A stretch of 64,000 bases of DNA from assembly GCA_004764695.1 (NCBI GenBank), contig SMSO01000031.1, positions 1,774,436 through 1,838,435 of the forward strand, in the 5' to 3' direction. This DNA is from Schizochytrium sp. TIO01. Taxonomy: Eukaryota; Protista; Bigyra: Labyrinthulomycetes. The position numbers and the translations under genes were made by a program. The notes below the pieces were generated by a model. The model made no database searches and was not told where the DNA came from. It saw nothing but the letters and a program-made list of their open reading frames with translations. Positions 21,026-34,671 of this stretch are shown here, piece by piece; position 1 is the first letter of the stretch, and each line of letters opens with the position of its first letter.

Positions 21026-22672
21026 ATGATGAAGCCAATCAAATCAACTCGGGCGTACCTCCTGGTACTTCTCGTGAGTATGGGCTACTGGTTTAGGCCA
21101 GAGGATCCACAAGGGATCGTTCAAAATTTGGCAGAAACAGCTAACTTGGAGGATATTCTTTCAAATCTTTCTCTTACGGATGTTCTCTCTCCAGAATTTG
21201 TGTTGGGCCCCTCATATTATTCACTGTGGACAAAGTTGAACAAAGCCATGAGCGCGGCGATCCTTCACTTTCAAGATGCACCGAATGTCCCAGTATATCG
21301 CTTACTCCCGCTCCTGAAGCTCCAATTCGAGTACATTGCAGAACATCGAATGGACAAGCACGTGGTCAAACGCGAGTATGACATGTTTGGGGCACGACAC
21401 ACTTCATTAGAAAGGCTCGAGGCATTCGAGGAGATGGAGGGCTTTGCAGAAGCTGCCTATACAAATGATCTGGCAATTCGTGCATTTCTCAGCTCAACTG
21501 GCTACGATCTTTTACAATTTGAACCAGCTGTAACCTATGAGAAGCCTTCCTACTTTGTGGCCTTTAACCCGCATCGTAAACATGCCATCATCAGTGTAAA
21601 GGGCACCTCGTCAGTTAGTGATCTATTGACAGATGTCTTGCATACACCTGTGGAGTTCTTGCATGATTCGTGGGTTCACTCCGGTATGCTCAACGCGGCC
21701 GTGTACATTGTAAATCGAACAGATGCCATGATTAGCCACTTATTTGGACCCCTTGGTTATCGTGTCACATTTACTGGACATTCGTTAGGGGCTGGCACGG
21801 CACAACTAGCGACGCTTATCTACCGTTGGGAGCGAGCAATGACAAATATTGATTGCGTTGTCATTGCACCACCTCCTACATTAAATCGCCAAGCATTAAA
21901 CTGGACGAAGGACATCATTTGGTCCGTAGTTGCAGGCGATGATATTATTCCTCGCTGGAACTTTGGACTCATTTCGGCCAATGCACGCATTCTTGCAGAC
22001 GTTGATAAGGAAATGCAAGAAACAGGTATGAGTCTTGAGGAGTTTTATGAAGAGTTTGACTATTTGACAATGATGCAAGAGTATCGCAAAACGATCGAGG
22101 AGGTCGCGACATCGAAAGGAGCTCACATAGATATGCATATTGCAGGTGATATCACCTACATCACACGCACCCATGAAGGGTTTATGGTGCGCGATGTTGA
22201 GGCGGATTTTAGTTCTCTGAGGCGAATTGAGTTCTCCACTACAATGCTCTCAGACCATACCCTTGATTTCTATCGCCATGCTGTCTCAACCGTTGCTGAA
22301 CAACTACGTGACCCTAATATCCATGATGATGGCGGTCTTATTTTTGACATGTTAGATCTCGCTGATGAACTCCACGATGATTCTTTCGACAGCGACAAAT
22401 CATCAGGTTGCGCGAACCTGAACACTATGGCTTCGCGTGCCAACTCGGTGGGAGAACAGAGTGAAGAGGATGACCTTCAAGATGCTGATGTTGGTGAACA
22501 AGCTGAGCAACTTCGTCAAGGTCATAAGGGTTTTCAGAAGGATCAAAATGTCGTAGAGGGCATTCTTGAGGAGGCAGAAGAGATAAACGCTCAGCGAGTC
22601 AACGCTAAGGAGCCAAATTTAAATCCTGATGATCATGCTGGAAATATATTTGTTGATCCCATTTCAGCGTGA
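21026..22672 (+). CDS. Lipase class 3 (DAG-lipase-like alpha/beta hydrolase) with N-terminal hydrophobic segment and acidic tail
   Basis: ISVKGTSSVSDLLTD, VHSGM, nucleophile elbow TGHSLGAG, DDIIPR (Asp), SDH (His). Confidence 0.88.
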   Translation: MMKPIKSTRAYLLVLLVSMGYWFRPEDPQGIVQNLAETANLEDILSNLSLTDVLSPEFVLGPSYYSLWTKLNKAMSAAILHFQDAPNVPVYRLLPLLKLQFEYIAEHRMDKHVVKREYDMFGARHTSLERLEAFEEMEGFAEAAYTNDLAIRAFLSSTGYDLLQFEPAVTYEKPSYFVAFNPHRKHAIISVKGTSSVSDLLTDVLHTPVEFLHDSWVHSGMLNAAVYIVNRTDAMISHLFGPLGYRVTFTGHSLGAGTAQLATLIYRWERAMTNIDCVVIAPPPTLNRQALNWTKDIIWSVVAGDDIIPRWNFGLISANARILADVDKEMQETGMSLEEFYEEFDYLTMMQEYRKTIEEVATSKGAHIDMHIAGDITYITRTHEGFMVRDVEADFSSLRRIEFSTTMLSDHTLDFYRHAVSTVAEQLRDPNIHDDGGLIFDMLDLADELHDDSFDSDKSSGCANLNTMASRANSVGEQSEEDDLQDADVGEQAEQLRQGHKGFQKDQNVVEGILEEAEEINAQRVNAKEPNLNPDDHAGNIFVDPISA

Positions 22673-22891
22673 GCAAAAGATGAACGAACATCTACAAGTA
22701 TCATCTACCTTTCCCCGGGGGAAGGTTTTCCAATAGAAAATGAAACAAAAAAAGATTCCTAGAAACTTCACACACTTCTACGGTATCCTGTATAATCAAG
22801 CATGACTAATCAAAGAATATGTGAATTATATAATCATAAAACGTAAAGTCTGTTCAAACTTTCCTTTGAATTTGATCTTGTGTTGTAAAAT

Positions 22892-22918
22892 AACAACAAC
22901 AACAACAACAACAACAAC
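22892..22918. repeat. (AAC)9 microsatellite
   Basis: Directly visible. Confidence 0.9.
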
Positions 22919-23803
22919 GAAGAAGCATATTGTGATAGCTCACCGAGGCAGCTCAGATTGTCATCCATCATTCTACAGCGTCTTTCTGTTTGTCTTCTGA
23001 AGTATTTTAGACTTCAATGCGTTTGTATTCCTTCGTGTCGTCTTTCCTTCACTCTTATAATTTGAAAGACCATGTGCAATTAATTTGTGGGCTCGACACC
23101 TGCAGATTCTAGCGCACTTAATTTTTTTTAATATAGGAGTGAAGGAAATGAAAACTATAGAGGAAAAAAAGAGCAAGAAAAAAGTAGAGAGTTGTCTGCG
23201 CATTCACTTGGGAACCAAGTAATCAGAGAACTGTTTAAAGTGCTCGTAGGACAACTCCACTTGTGAAGAAACAAAATCTTCGTTGATTTTTATAAAAGAC
23301 GTCTTTAAAAGGTGAAAAGTGGACTCCAAGCTAATACGGATTGAAGGAAAGAAAGCATAAAGGGGCAAAGGAAGGGGAAGTAATAGGGAGACATATTCAC
23401 GAACAAAAACAATAGAGTATGTATGAAGACGCATCACTGAAGAGGCGAACTGATGGTGTACGTAGATAGGCTGGTGCAACCAACTCTTTGCCACAAGAGC
23501 TCATAAGGTTGCTTAGCTACAGCGCGAAGCACATGTGAGTCTAGCGCAGGGAGTTGGAAGCAGGCTTGAGTAAGTAATGTACGTGCAGTTGGTGGATCCT
23601 GTCTCTGATGATGAGCACGGCCAGGAAGCAGCAAAGCGGGACCTTAAAGACGAGAATATTTAGCACGTTAGGCACCAAGACATCAAACCCCTGAAATGGT
23701 TAATGTATGCACTGATAACATGCCAAGAAAATCGCGCTTGATTGCAAACCCCTAAGCAAAGTTGACTTTGCAGAACAGGCACGCAGTGGTCCCAGCGAGC
23801 GCT

Positions 23804-24259
23804 TTAAGCAGACTGGAGGCCAATGATACCACAGCACTTGCGGCCGCCAGCGTTACCGGTGGTCTTGGAGAGCTCGTGACCGCCAGCGCCAAGGTCATCC
23901 TCACCCTCGTGCACAACAACGGCACGGCCGATGATCTCGGGGATCTTGAAGCCGGCATCAACGATGTCGATCTTGGCGACACCCTCGCCGTTGGCCTCGA
24001 TGTTGCCGAGGTCACCAGCGTGGCGCTCGTCATCGGTGGGAGCACCGTGGGTCTTGCCGGCGGGGTTGTAGTGGCCACCAGTGCTGGCGCATCCGGAGCT
24101 CACGTCACCGAACTGGTGAATGTGGAAGCCGTGCTTGCCCGGGGTGAGGCCGGAGACCTCGCCGGTCACCTTGACGGAGTCACCCTCGGGGGTGAAGACG
24201 ACGGTGCCCATGGGGCCATCGGCGCCGATGAGGGTAACGCAGGCCTTGTCGGAGGACAT
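23804..24259 (-). CDS. SOD1: Cu/Zn superoxide dismutase, cytosolic type
   Basis: [53 protein letters not shown]-x-x-CGIIG; all metal ligands present. Confidence 0.97.
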   Translation of the reverse strand: MSSDKACVTLIGADGPMGTVVFTPEGDSVKVTGEVSGLTPGKHGFHIHQFGDVSSGCASTGGHYNPAGKTHGAPTDDERHAGDLGNIEANGEGVAKIDIVDAGFKIPEIIGRAVVVHEGEDDLGAGGHELSKTTGNAGGRKCCGIIGLQSA

Positions 24260-26125
24260 TTTTGGTTTTGTCTTTCGTTGAGTTGCTTGGATTCTAGCAA
24301 GTGGTCAAATTCAGAAATTCACAACGCAGATCCTCCATCAGAAGTGAGTCATGGCCAGAGGGGTTCACGGGAGGGGTCATATACATTTATGTGAAAAGAC
24401 ACCGTTGTTGTAGAGTGCAGCAGCGATCGATAGTTTGTTACGATATCATACCAGGTGCGTCGTGATGGGTATCAACCATCGTCATCGTCATGATTTCACA
24501 GCACAGTTTTTGGGCGGAGGCGTACGAGGGGTAAAAGAGTTAGTTTACATTTTCAACAGTGTGTCATAGTGTGGCGATGCCAGAGTATTGGCAGGATGGG
24601 GCCGTTCGTCCATCAGTATCCGCAAGCACGTACCTGAGTAAGCTTACTTTCGATTGCGTTTTGATGCTCCGATTGTCGTCAATCCTTCTTCTCAACTCTT
24701 TTTTTCTTTCTTTCTTTCGTTCTTTTACTTCACACTTGCTAATACTTATCTAATTATATAATAGGCCCAATACGAGGATTTTTTTTAAAAATATCCAATA
24801 TAGTAAATACCTCTAACCTCAACACTAATCATCGTGATAATGATTCATAGCATCGCCATTAGTATGTAAAATAAAGTTTGTTTTTATATAAAATAATCAA
24901 TAGTAACAATAGTATCTTTAATTATAATTGAATAGAAAATAATAAGTGAAAACAAGAAGATTTCAGTTGTCCAATAGATAAATCAATCTCTATTTAACAA
25001 ACAACTAAGAAAGTCGTATCGTAGCTCAACGATTCTTCTCAAAGTTTCCTTTCGAAGTTCACAATACCTACCCAAATCGCTTTTTGTATGTATGACGAGC
25101 CTTTCGCTTGTGAGAAGATCACATCTACTTTCATAACTGTGTTGTCTTAATCTATTCTATGTGACTCTCAGTTTCCTTTCAAGAACAGAAAAAAACTTTT
25201 ATTTTTTTTTAAAAAAAGGCTTTCGATTAAATTGTTATTGCCTAATTAGTGTGTGGCATAATCAAAGCACCTTCTGAAAAAAGGCTTCTTCGTGAGGCTC
25301 TGCGAACCGAGTCGTCATCTTCAATACAAGTCTCGTATCAAGTCATCTGCAGCACTTTTCTCTATTTGCTCCCAAATGCCTCTTTGAAGTATGGGTACTT
25401 TTCTTTGCCCCGCTTTGACCACCCTTTTGAGGGTCCGGGAACCCTGCCTGAGGGACACCTAGCCTGCGTTTGGGGGTTAAATACAAGCTTACATGGAGAC
25501 CCACGATTGTTCTCTATTCGCCCATAGTAAGTCCGCCTTCGGATCTTCGCGAAGTCGCTCCGTGGGCTCCGCTCGATCGCACAGCCACTTTATAGGCCTC
25601 TTTTAGCCCACACCTCAATGCAGATGGCCCCATAGTAATCAGTATAGTCTCTCGCTGGATTATTTATTTTATTTATCAGCTTATGAAATACTACTATGAT
25701 ATATGGTGTTTTGTATTTTATAAGCTTGTACTGTTTATTTTCATGTTATTTTTATTCTTTTTAAAAAAGATTCGATGATAACTATCGTGTCAACGCGCAA
25801 AAGGGACTCGGGAAGACCAAGATCGCGCGAAACGACAACTGTTCTAAGCTGTGCTTTAACCGAAGTGAAGCAGACGCATATGGCAAACCCTTTCTTCCTG
25901 TGTGCATGCGAATCATTCCAGAGAGCCCGACTTCTATTAATCAGTAAAGGTAGGTACCTCTAGAGAAAACAACGCTTTGTTCGCAGGGCGTTCATTCGTT
26001 TCGAGATACACCAGGTCCGAGCTGACCGCGTCTACCCTCATTCCGGTACATCGGACCCTCAGTTCCTGTAACACTGAGTTAACTTCCAGCGCACTATCGG
26101 TAATTTGGAGAACTCTTAAACAATA

Positions 26126-26608
26126 TTAACAGACTGGGATGATGATAGAATTTACTGTGGTGGTGCACTGCAGCATGCTTCCCATATAATTGAAACTTGA
26201 ATTGCCTCTGGCTAGTACCATGGTTGTGAAATGGGGTACTTTAGATAGATCTTTGGCTCTTGGAATTGGTGCCAAAGTCTTTTGCTTTGGCATGAATAGC
26301 TTTGGAACTGCTTTACAGTTGCTTTGGAATTGCTCTGAAAATGCGATTTTAAGGTTCATTGAGCTCTCTCTGGCCACCGGGCTTTTAAAGGTATGAAACG
26401 TTCCCTGACCTCGGCATTTCCTGCACCATGAATTTGCAAACCTGCAATCTTTTGTTTTATAATGACGACGGATACTCATCACATATGCGCAAACCCGTTT
26501 GATATCCTCTTTGCTCAGGGAATTGCTGTCTCTAAGACCGGGCCGAGGCATCTTTTCTTTGAGCATGCTGGCAATCGCATTGGCATTAATCTGCGCCAAC
26601 GCCTTCAA
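26126..26608 (-). other. Hypothetical 160-aa ORF with a Cys/His cluster, possibly a transposon-derived relic
   Basis: DCRFANSWCRKCRGQGTFH; non-ATG start; flanked by decayed coding-like DNA. Confidence 0.2.
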
Positions 26609-27167
26609 CCTGAACGAATCTCAATCTGAATTGCATCTTCAATCCCCAATTCCGCTTCCAATGTTTTGGCTCAAGACGCACTTAAAGATGCGCAAAATAG
26701 GACGTTCACAGGTCCTTACACCCACCAAAAGACTGCACTCCTCGTTCTCACCTGCCCAATGCCAAGAGGCAAAGGCAGAATTTCACGCACGCTTATCCTC
26801 AAATCGCCTCAGTTTCGATCGAGCAGCACAAGAGAGAAATCAAGACTTCTCTTCGCAATCTAAACTAAAATCGATCCCCAGAAAAACGCGGTACCCTTCA
26901 CAGTCCTACTCAGTACCCAGGCTTGCCCCCACTACCATAAAAGCAACGCAAGGGTCAGAACACGACCAAATAAACAGGCCTATATGTTGTGATAGGCCGC
27001 ACGGTCGCTTCGCGGCGCGCGCCAGGAATGAGCGGCCAGAAGGGAGAGAGGATTTGCTAGGGAGAGCAGAGGAGAAGTGGTGATAGCGGTTAAAGAGAGC
27101 GGGCTCTCGGCAGGCTCTTGTTCGTGATCCTTTGCGAGTCCACTCTCTGTGGAAGGACTGCTTTGCG

Positions 27168-27431
27168 TCACTCTCCTGGAGCTTGGGCAAGCTGGCAGTT
27201 CGTTTGGGATGGCTGTTGCTGGATTGGGTCCGCCTTCTTAGGAATAATTGCGGCGACGAAGACGATGAGGACTGTAAGTGAGGCTGTGTGTGGAGAAGTA
27301 GAGAATAGATAATTGTTGCGTATGTTGCAAGTAGACAATCCAGAATAGTCTATAGTAGAAGGCTCGAGTTGGACTGGAGAGGTCGTTAGGTATGTTTTAT
27401 TTCTGCTGTTCTGCGCCGTTTGCCGTGTCAT
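27168..27431 (-). mobile_element. Probable decayed non-LTR retrotransposon (LINE) 3' fragment
   Basis: C-rich minus strand. Frameshifted reading GLSTCNI.../LSILYFSTHSLTYSPHRLRR resembles the LINE C-terminal zinc knuckle C..C...TixHfxxhCxxYxxxR. Confidence 0.3.
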
Positions 27432-27779
27432 TCGCAGCCTTAGGACCTCCTGAATAGGCCAGCTCCAACGGCGACGTTTGGATCAATGTCGTTTAGTGGA
27501 CACGCACCTATTACATTGGCGGGTCTTCTTCCTTCATTCATTGATTCATTGACGCATGCATCCATGCACTAACCTGTTTATTCATTCATTCGCCCGATCA
27601 ATCAACGATCGCATGACCTCCTCCTCCACCACTAGCCTATCCTGATATACTTCACTTATGACGCTGTATACTCCACTTTGGGCTCCTGATGCAAGTGGGT
27701 TATAGCATCCACAAGTGGGTTATCCGTATCTGCCAGCAATCGATCTCTCCATCATTAAGAAATGCGTGGAAAGGCAACA

Positions 27780-27905
27780 AATGAATGAATAGTGAATTTA
27801 GTGATCATAATTAATATAGAATATAGCGAATATAGTGAATATAGTGAATATGATAAACATAGCGAATATAGAGAATGAGTGATTGAATGAGTGAGTGAGT
27901 GAATA
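27780..27905. repeat. Degenerate (ATAGTGAAT)n / (GAAT, GAGT)n repeats upstream of eIF3i
   Basis: Directly visible. Confidence 0.75.
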
Positions 27906-28034
27906 AATAAGGTGACTAACACCGCTACAGACATTCAAAATCAAACATCAGACGTCGACCGCCGCTAGGTCCTCGTCTCTTCCGCCTTCCGCCGCTCGCA
28001 CCAGCAGCTTCGCAGATTCCCAGGCAGCAGCAGG

Positions 28035-29313
28035 ATGCGGCCTCTGATTCTTAAGGGCCACACTCGCCCTCTGACATGCGTCAAGTACAACACTGAGGGC
28101 GACCTTCTCTTCTCTTGCTCCAAGGACAGCCAGCCGACCATCTGGCGCTCTGGCAATGGCGAGCGCATCGGCACCTACACCGAGAACGGACACCGTGGTA
28201 CTGTCTGGCACCTCGATGTGACTGTGGACTCCAAGTACCTCGTCACCGGTGGCGCCGACATGACCTGCAAGGTCTGGGAGGTTGAGACTGGTAAGAAGAT
28301 CTTCGATTTCCCGCACACTGGCCCCGTTCGCCACGTTGAGTTTTCCGAGGGCTCCCAAATGATCGTTACCGTCGCAGACCCCTTCCGCGGCTCCCCTGCC
28401 TGCGTCAGCGTCTACGAGTTCGACCCTGAGGCAGAGCAGCCTGAGGGCCCCAAGTTCATGTGGGAGGTCGCAGGTCTCGAGGCCGGCAAGAAGCTCTCCA
28501 AGGCCACCTGGATGCCCCTCAACAAGAACATCCTCACTGCTGACGAGTTTGGCGCCATGCGACTCCACGAGGTCGAGTCTGGCCGCGTCATTCGCGAGGT
28601 CCAGGAGCACACCAAACGTATCAACGCCATCACCTGGAACAAGGAGAAGTACCTCTTCATGACCGGCTCGGCTGACTGCACTGCTATTCTCTGGGATGCC
28701 GCGGAGCTCAAACCGCTCAAGACATACCCCACTGAGCGCCCTGTGAACGCTGTAGGAATCTCTCCCATCAAGGAGCACGTTTTCGTGGCTGGAGGTCAGG
28801 ATGCTCGCAGCGTGACCACCACCTCATCCAGGGTTGGAAAGTTCGAGACCAAGCTCTTCCACATGGTCTTCGCAGATGCTTTCGGAAGCATCAAGGGCCA
28901 CTTCGGACCCGTCAACACACTCGCGGTGCACCCCGAGGGCACTGGGTAAGTTTCAGTTCAGATTTATCTTTCGAGCTGCTTGCATGTCTTTTCGTAGGCA
29001 TGCACATTTGCGTTTCCATGCGTGGGAAATTCGCATTTGCACTTCTGATTAGAGACATGCGTGTTTCAATTTCTTGCTTATTTTGATCACACTTTGCGCT
29101 CGAACCGCACTTGTCACATTTTACAGATGACTAACCATTCTGCTTGCTTCTTTATCATACGAACCTTTATATGTAACACTGCGACTTCTTTACAACAAAA
29201 ACAGTTTCACCAGCGGCAGTGAGGACGGATACGTTCGCGTCCACGAGTTCGACCCATCCTACTTTGAGATGCACTCTGAGCTCGATGACCTGTCAGCATT
29301 GCAGACCATTTAA
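28035..29313 (+). CDS. EIF3I: Translation initiation factor 3 subunit I (WD40). Exons 28035..28945 and 29205..29313, intron 28946..29204
   Basis: MRPLILKGHTRPLTCVKYNTEGDLLFSCSKD; KGHFGPVNTLAVHP. Splicing GG|GTAAGT to CAG|T gives EGTGFTSGSEDGYVRVHEFD, the conserved eIF3i end. Stop TAA at 29311-29313. Confidence 0.96.
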
Positions 29314-31085
29314 GTATGCGAATCCGCCTTGCTTACTTGCTTGCTTGCTTGCTGTTTAAGCAATGACCCGGCTATCGGCAAATGGCGATGAAGAACGAAC
29401 TAGCAATAAATGCAAACTACAACACATTCAACCACCTGTGCGCACATGAACGAGAGGAAGTATATTTTTTTGTGTCCCTTTTGTTGTCGATTGCTCTGTC
29501 GCTTGATGTGATACTCTGGACTAACATACTGTTTGCCAAGCTCTTCCTTACTCTCCCCGCCTTAGGCTCTGCTACGAGCTGCGTGCGAGGAGGCTACACA
29601 ATGAGATCCCAACCACCCAACAACCCGAATACCACGCTGCTATCAGTGAAACACAGCTATTTTCTTTTTTTCTATTCTCTTATCTTCTTGGTTTGTCTCC
29701 CAAATGTTGTACTGAAAGGGAGTAAGTAACTTCCGTGTTCTTTAAAATCTCATTTCCAATGCTGCCATGGCTGATCCCACCCCACCATCATGTTGATGTT
29801 CAACTCAAGTACATATTGCTGAAACCATTGTGCGCGGAGAACTTGTGTTTTACTTCTTTCAACCTGAGTTTTCGCCTTAGTTAAGGCTGGACAGACACAG
29901 CTTCTGATCGGTGAGAGCGCTTGCGATTAGCACTCTTTCTTCACGGTACGTAGGGACTAGGTAAATAGCAATCAGTGATATTTTAAACTGCATTGCAAAC
30001 TTTTAACTTTTTTTTTAAATCATCAGGAAAGAATATAACTCCCTACTTCATTGTGCGTCGCTCTAATTTTGGTATACTTGATGACTTGATGCTTCGACTT
30101 TCCAAACTGTTACTAACCTTTCACAGTCACGTGTACTGTGTACATTACAAACGTCTGCAATTGCGTTTTAGAACATGGCTGATGAATTTGTTTTGTGGGG
30201 AGAGGAGGAGTGCTGAATTTTGCCAGGATCAGGATCTCTCTAAGTTTGTGGGTTAGGTTACCTTGACTGATATGAGTGCTTAAACTTTTAGCTTATCGGC
30301 AATCTCTTATACTCACAAAAGTGTAGGTACCTAGTACCCGATTTCTTCAAAGTTTATTCTATGATAAATATCTATTTTGTCTTTGGGCAATTTGGCGAAC
30401 AAGATATTATGTTTTGCATGGTTCCAACATGGACAGAGGATCCTTTCATTTTCTTGGGGAAAAGAAATGCGTGCATAAATCAAGAATTAAAGAAAAAATC
30501 TAAGGCAAAGGCAAAAGTAGAATGTCACCTATTTTTTTCTTATCATTCTATAGTGTGTGGAAGGGTGAATATCATTGGTATGGAAGAGGGGCAAATAAAA
30601 AGAAAACAAAAGAGAGGGAACTCCAGCGGACCTCCGTACACTGTGCTACACTTCGAAGGGCCCGTACTAAGGAAGCTCCACAACGAGCAGAAGCTCACTC
30701 GTTAACCAATGTTCAATTTGTCTGACCGCCTATAAAAGGGACGCGAGCCAAATAAACTGGCAGTAAAGTAAAAGATATGGTGGAAAACACCTCTGACCCG
30801 TGTTGATCCGAATAAGTTTGCTCGACTTCTCAAAAGAGAAAATCCAAGCACAATAATGTCGAGAACAAAAGTACAGAGATGGGAAAATAGAGAGTTGTCT
30901 TCCAAGAATACCATCCAGAGCATGTTTCATGTTGACTTAGCTTATTGGCTAGCTAAACATGAACGCAGTTTCAAGCACACCAGCCTGCTTATGGTCTCCG
31001 TATCTGGACCCATGCACTGAAATGAGATAGAGGAAGCTCTGGCTAGTCATAGTACTGAATAGCCAGACAGACAGCTATGACTCAC

Positions 31086-32486
31086 TTACACGACCTTGTT
31101 CTTTCCGAGGGCAAAGACCTCAAAGCCGAGTTCGCGGAGTTCCTGGTGGGCAAGAATGTTACGGCCATCAAAGATGAAGGCCGGCTTCTCCATGGACTTG
31201 TAAAGCTTCTCAAAATCAAGCTCCTTGAACTCTTTCCACTCGGTAAGGATCACAACGGCGTGGGCATCAGCAGCAGCCGCGTAGGCATCCTTGGCACGGG
31301 TGATCTGCTTATCCATGCGCTCCTTGTCGCACTTTGCGTAAAGAAGCTCACGCTCCATATCGTCAGCAAGAACCTTAGGGTCGTACACAGTGAGGTTGGC
31401 GCCCTCCTCAAGGAGGAAGCGGCACACGTCAGCCGCAGCGGTCTCGCGGGTGTCACCGGTGTCAGCCTTAAAGGCGAAGCCAAAGATGGCAATCTTCTTG
31501 CGAGTCACAGTGTTAAACATACGCTTGACAATGGTCTTGGCAAATCGCTCCTTCTGGAGTTCGTTCATCTTCACAACCCAGTTCCAGTACTCGGCAACAT
31601 CGTGGAGACCAAAAGACTCGCACAGGTAAACCAAGTTGAGAATATCCTTCTTGAAGCAGCTGCCACCAAAGCCAACACTGCTCTTGAGGAAGTGCTTGCC
31701 AATACGGTAATCAGTTCCAACAGCACGGGCAACCTCATCAACGTCAGCGCCGCTCACCTCACAGAGAGCAGAGATAGAGTTGATGGAACTCACACGCTGC
31801 GCAAGAAAAGCGTTGGCAACGAGCTTGGACAGCTCAGAGGACCACAAGTTAGTGGTGATGATACGCTCACGAGGGACCCAGTACTCGTAGACCTCCACAA
31901 GGCGCTGGACAGCTGCAAGACCCTCCGGGGTTTGCTCACCGCCAATGAGCACGCGGCTAGGCTCAAGGAGATCCTCAACAGCGGTACCTTCGGCAAGAAA
32001 CTCGGGGGAGCTGATAATTTGGTGCTTGATGCCCTTCTCGTTTGCAGCGAGAACGCGGCCCATGCTCTCTGCAGTGCGAACGGGTACGGTGGACTTCTCT
32101 ACAACAATCTTGGGCGAAGTAGCGACCTTGGCGATGTTACGTGCCACGAGCTCACAGTTAGAGATGTTAGCAGCACGTCCAGCACCGATACCGCTAGTCT
32201 TGGTCGGCGTGTTGACACTGACAAAGATAATGTCGGCCTTTGCAATGGCACCATCAACGTCGGTGGAGAAGAAGAGGTTCTTGTTGCGGCGCTCGAAGAC
32301 GAGCTGATCGAGACCCGGTTCGTAGATAGGGAGTTCGTCAGAGTTCCAGGCAGCAATCTGCTTCTCGCTGATATCCACAACGGTCACAGTGATGTCGTGG
32401 CACTTGTAGGCGATCATCGCCATGGTGGGGCCACCAACATAGCCGGCACCAATGCACACAATGTGCATGCCTTCGCACTTGCCCAT
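31086..32486 (-). CDS. UGDH: UDP-glucose 6-dehydrogenase
   Basis: [41 protein letters not shown], catalytic [17 protein letters not shown]. Confidence 0.97.
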   Translation of the reverse strand: MGKCEGMHIVCIGAGYVGGPTMAMIAYKCHDITVTVVDISEKQIAAWNSDELPIYEPGLDQLVFERRNKNLFFSTDVDGAIAKADIIFVSVNTPTKTSGIGAGRAANISNCELVARNIAKVATSPKIVVEKSTVPVRTAESMGRVLAANEKGIKHQIISSPEFLAEGTAVEDLLEPSRVLIGGEQTPEGLAAVQRLVEVYEYWVPRERIITTNLWSSELSKLVANAFLAQRVSSINSISALCEVSGADVDEVARAVGTDYRIGKHFLKSSVGFGGSCFKKDILNLVYLCESFGLHDVAEYWNWVVKMNELQKERFAKTIVKRMFNTVTRKKIAIFGFAFKADTGDTRETAAADVCRFLLEEGANLTVYDPKVLADDMERELLYAKCDKERMDKQITRAKDAYAAAADAHAVVILTEWKEFKELDFEKLYKSMEKPAFIFDGRNILAHQELRELGFEVFALGKNKVV

Positions 32487-34029
32487 TATTGTTCTTGTTC
32501 TTTTTTGCTTCTGTACTAAATCAAAGCAGTACCCTCGCTATGCATAGCAACAAGAGTTCGTTTTGAATTTGTAGCGCATTGGTTTACGTATTGCCCACAA
32601 TTGCACATTCCCCAGTTAGTCATCAAATGAAGCCTATCTTTAAATTGTCTCGCGGAAAAATACACACCCCCCAATTCACATGTAAACCAAGTCACTATTT
32701 CTTTCCAAATCAAAGCACTCAAGAAATCGCCGAACGCCAGAACTCCCTAAACTAAACCTGCGCTTTTCATCCATGAAGATTGAATTCATGTCCGAATGCC
32801 ATTACATAGGCTTGAGCCAATTAATGAACTCAACAGGGTTCGACCTTGCAACTTCACATTGATTATAGAAATACCTACACATACAAATATATGTGTAGAT
32901 AGCAAGGTGCATTCACCTTTGCAATGCCTGTGCTGAGTCCAGCTCTCGGCGGGACTCTCTCGGGACCCGAGCAAGATATACCGCCCACGAGGGGTCCTCC
33001 TGAGAGTCAGGACTGCCTCAGTCAGGTTTGCAGCGTTTTGCAGTGTCTTGGGGCGGCTTGGTCACGACTGCGTCAAGACAGGTTGGCACACGGCCCATTC
33101 AAGGCATCCATTAACACGCTTTCATCTGCAGCTCCTGAAACAAGAGGTTTCCCGTAGCCCTTTAGGGCCCAATGAAGCTGCGATGGGCCCTGCAGGCATC
33201 TAGCCTCGACTTGCACGTACCTATGCAGCGAAGTCCTTGCGAGTCGTTGGTAATCGGCGCAACTAGCTCGCAAACTTGGTTTGCTCCCTGCTCAGTATTG
33301 TAATGCACGACCACGCCCAAGTGAACTATAGCTGCCTTTCCCAGTAGGTTTTTAACTTCGCTGCAAATGGGTTATAATGATATGTTCCACTTATAGACGA
33401 GAAAGGTCTACTGTAAAGGCACCCAATAGCCCACTTGCGAAGACGGTCTTCCGCCCCGTCACTGTCAAGGACTTTCACATTACCCCCCGCGCAAGGTTGG
33501 CACAAGACTACGTGTCATTCTACAAGAGGCCAGAACATCTCTTGGGTATAACAAGGCGAATAAAGGCGGAGATCATAAGAATTCTTTTGTCTTATATTAA
33601 CGGTGCTATTTAGGTAGTTATTGTATTATAAACTAGCCCCTATTTTAAAATATGTAGAGTAGTTCATCGGGTATAATCATGTAATATATGGGGCATTATG
33701 TAAGTTACGTAGGTGTATTCATTGCATGAGACATGGGGCACAGAACGATTTAGAGACGAAGACAAGATTCGGGATCCGGGAGCGCAAGATTCAATCTTGT
33801 TTCCTGCCAGCGGTATTAGCGAGTGTGAAGCAGACATCCAAGATAAGCTTTAGCGCCCAAGGTCGAAGAAGATGCAGTCCACAGCCACGTGAGCGTCTTC
33901 TGAGGTATCAGCCCTTCCAGAGCGGCTCAGAAGGGCTGTGAAACGGAAGGCTTCGATGTTCATTCCTGAGAGGTTTCAATATTTTATGTCATGCATGATT
34001 TTTTTTGTTGCCTTTTTGTTTTTAATAAT

Positions 34030-34671
<642 letters not shown>

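Noticed and set aside
31077-32519. 480-aa antisense ORF over UGDH (likewise 4268..5533, 23762..24394, 27948..28778, 50174..50902, 55102..55686, 57776..58465)
   Set aside because: Shadow ORFs produced by the codon bias of the real gene on the opposite strand; no recognisable motifs.
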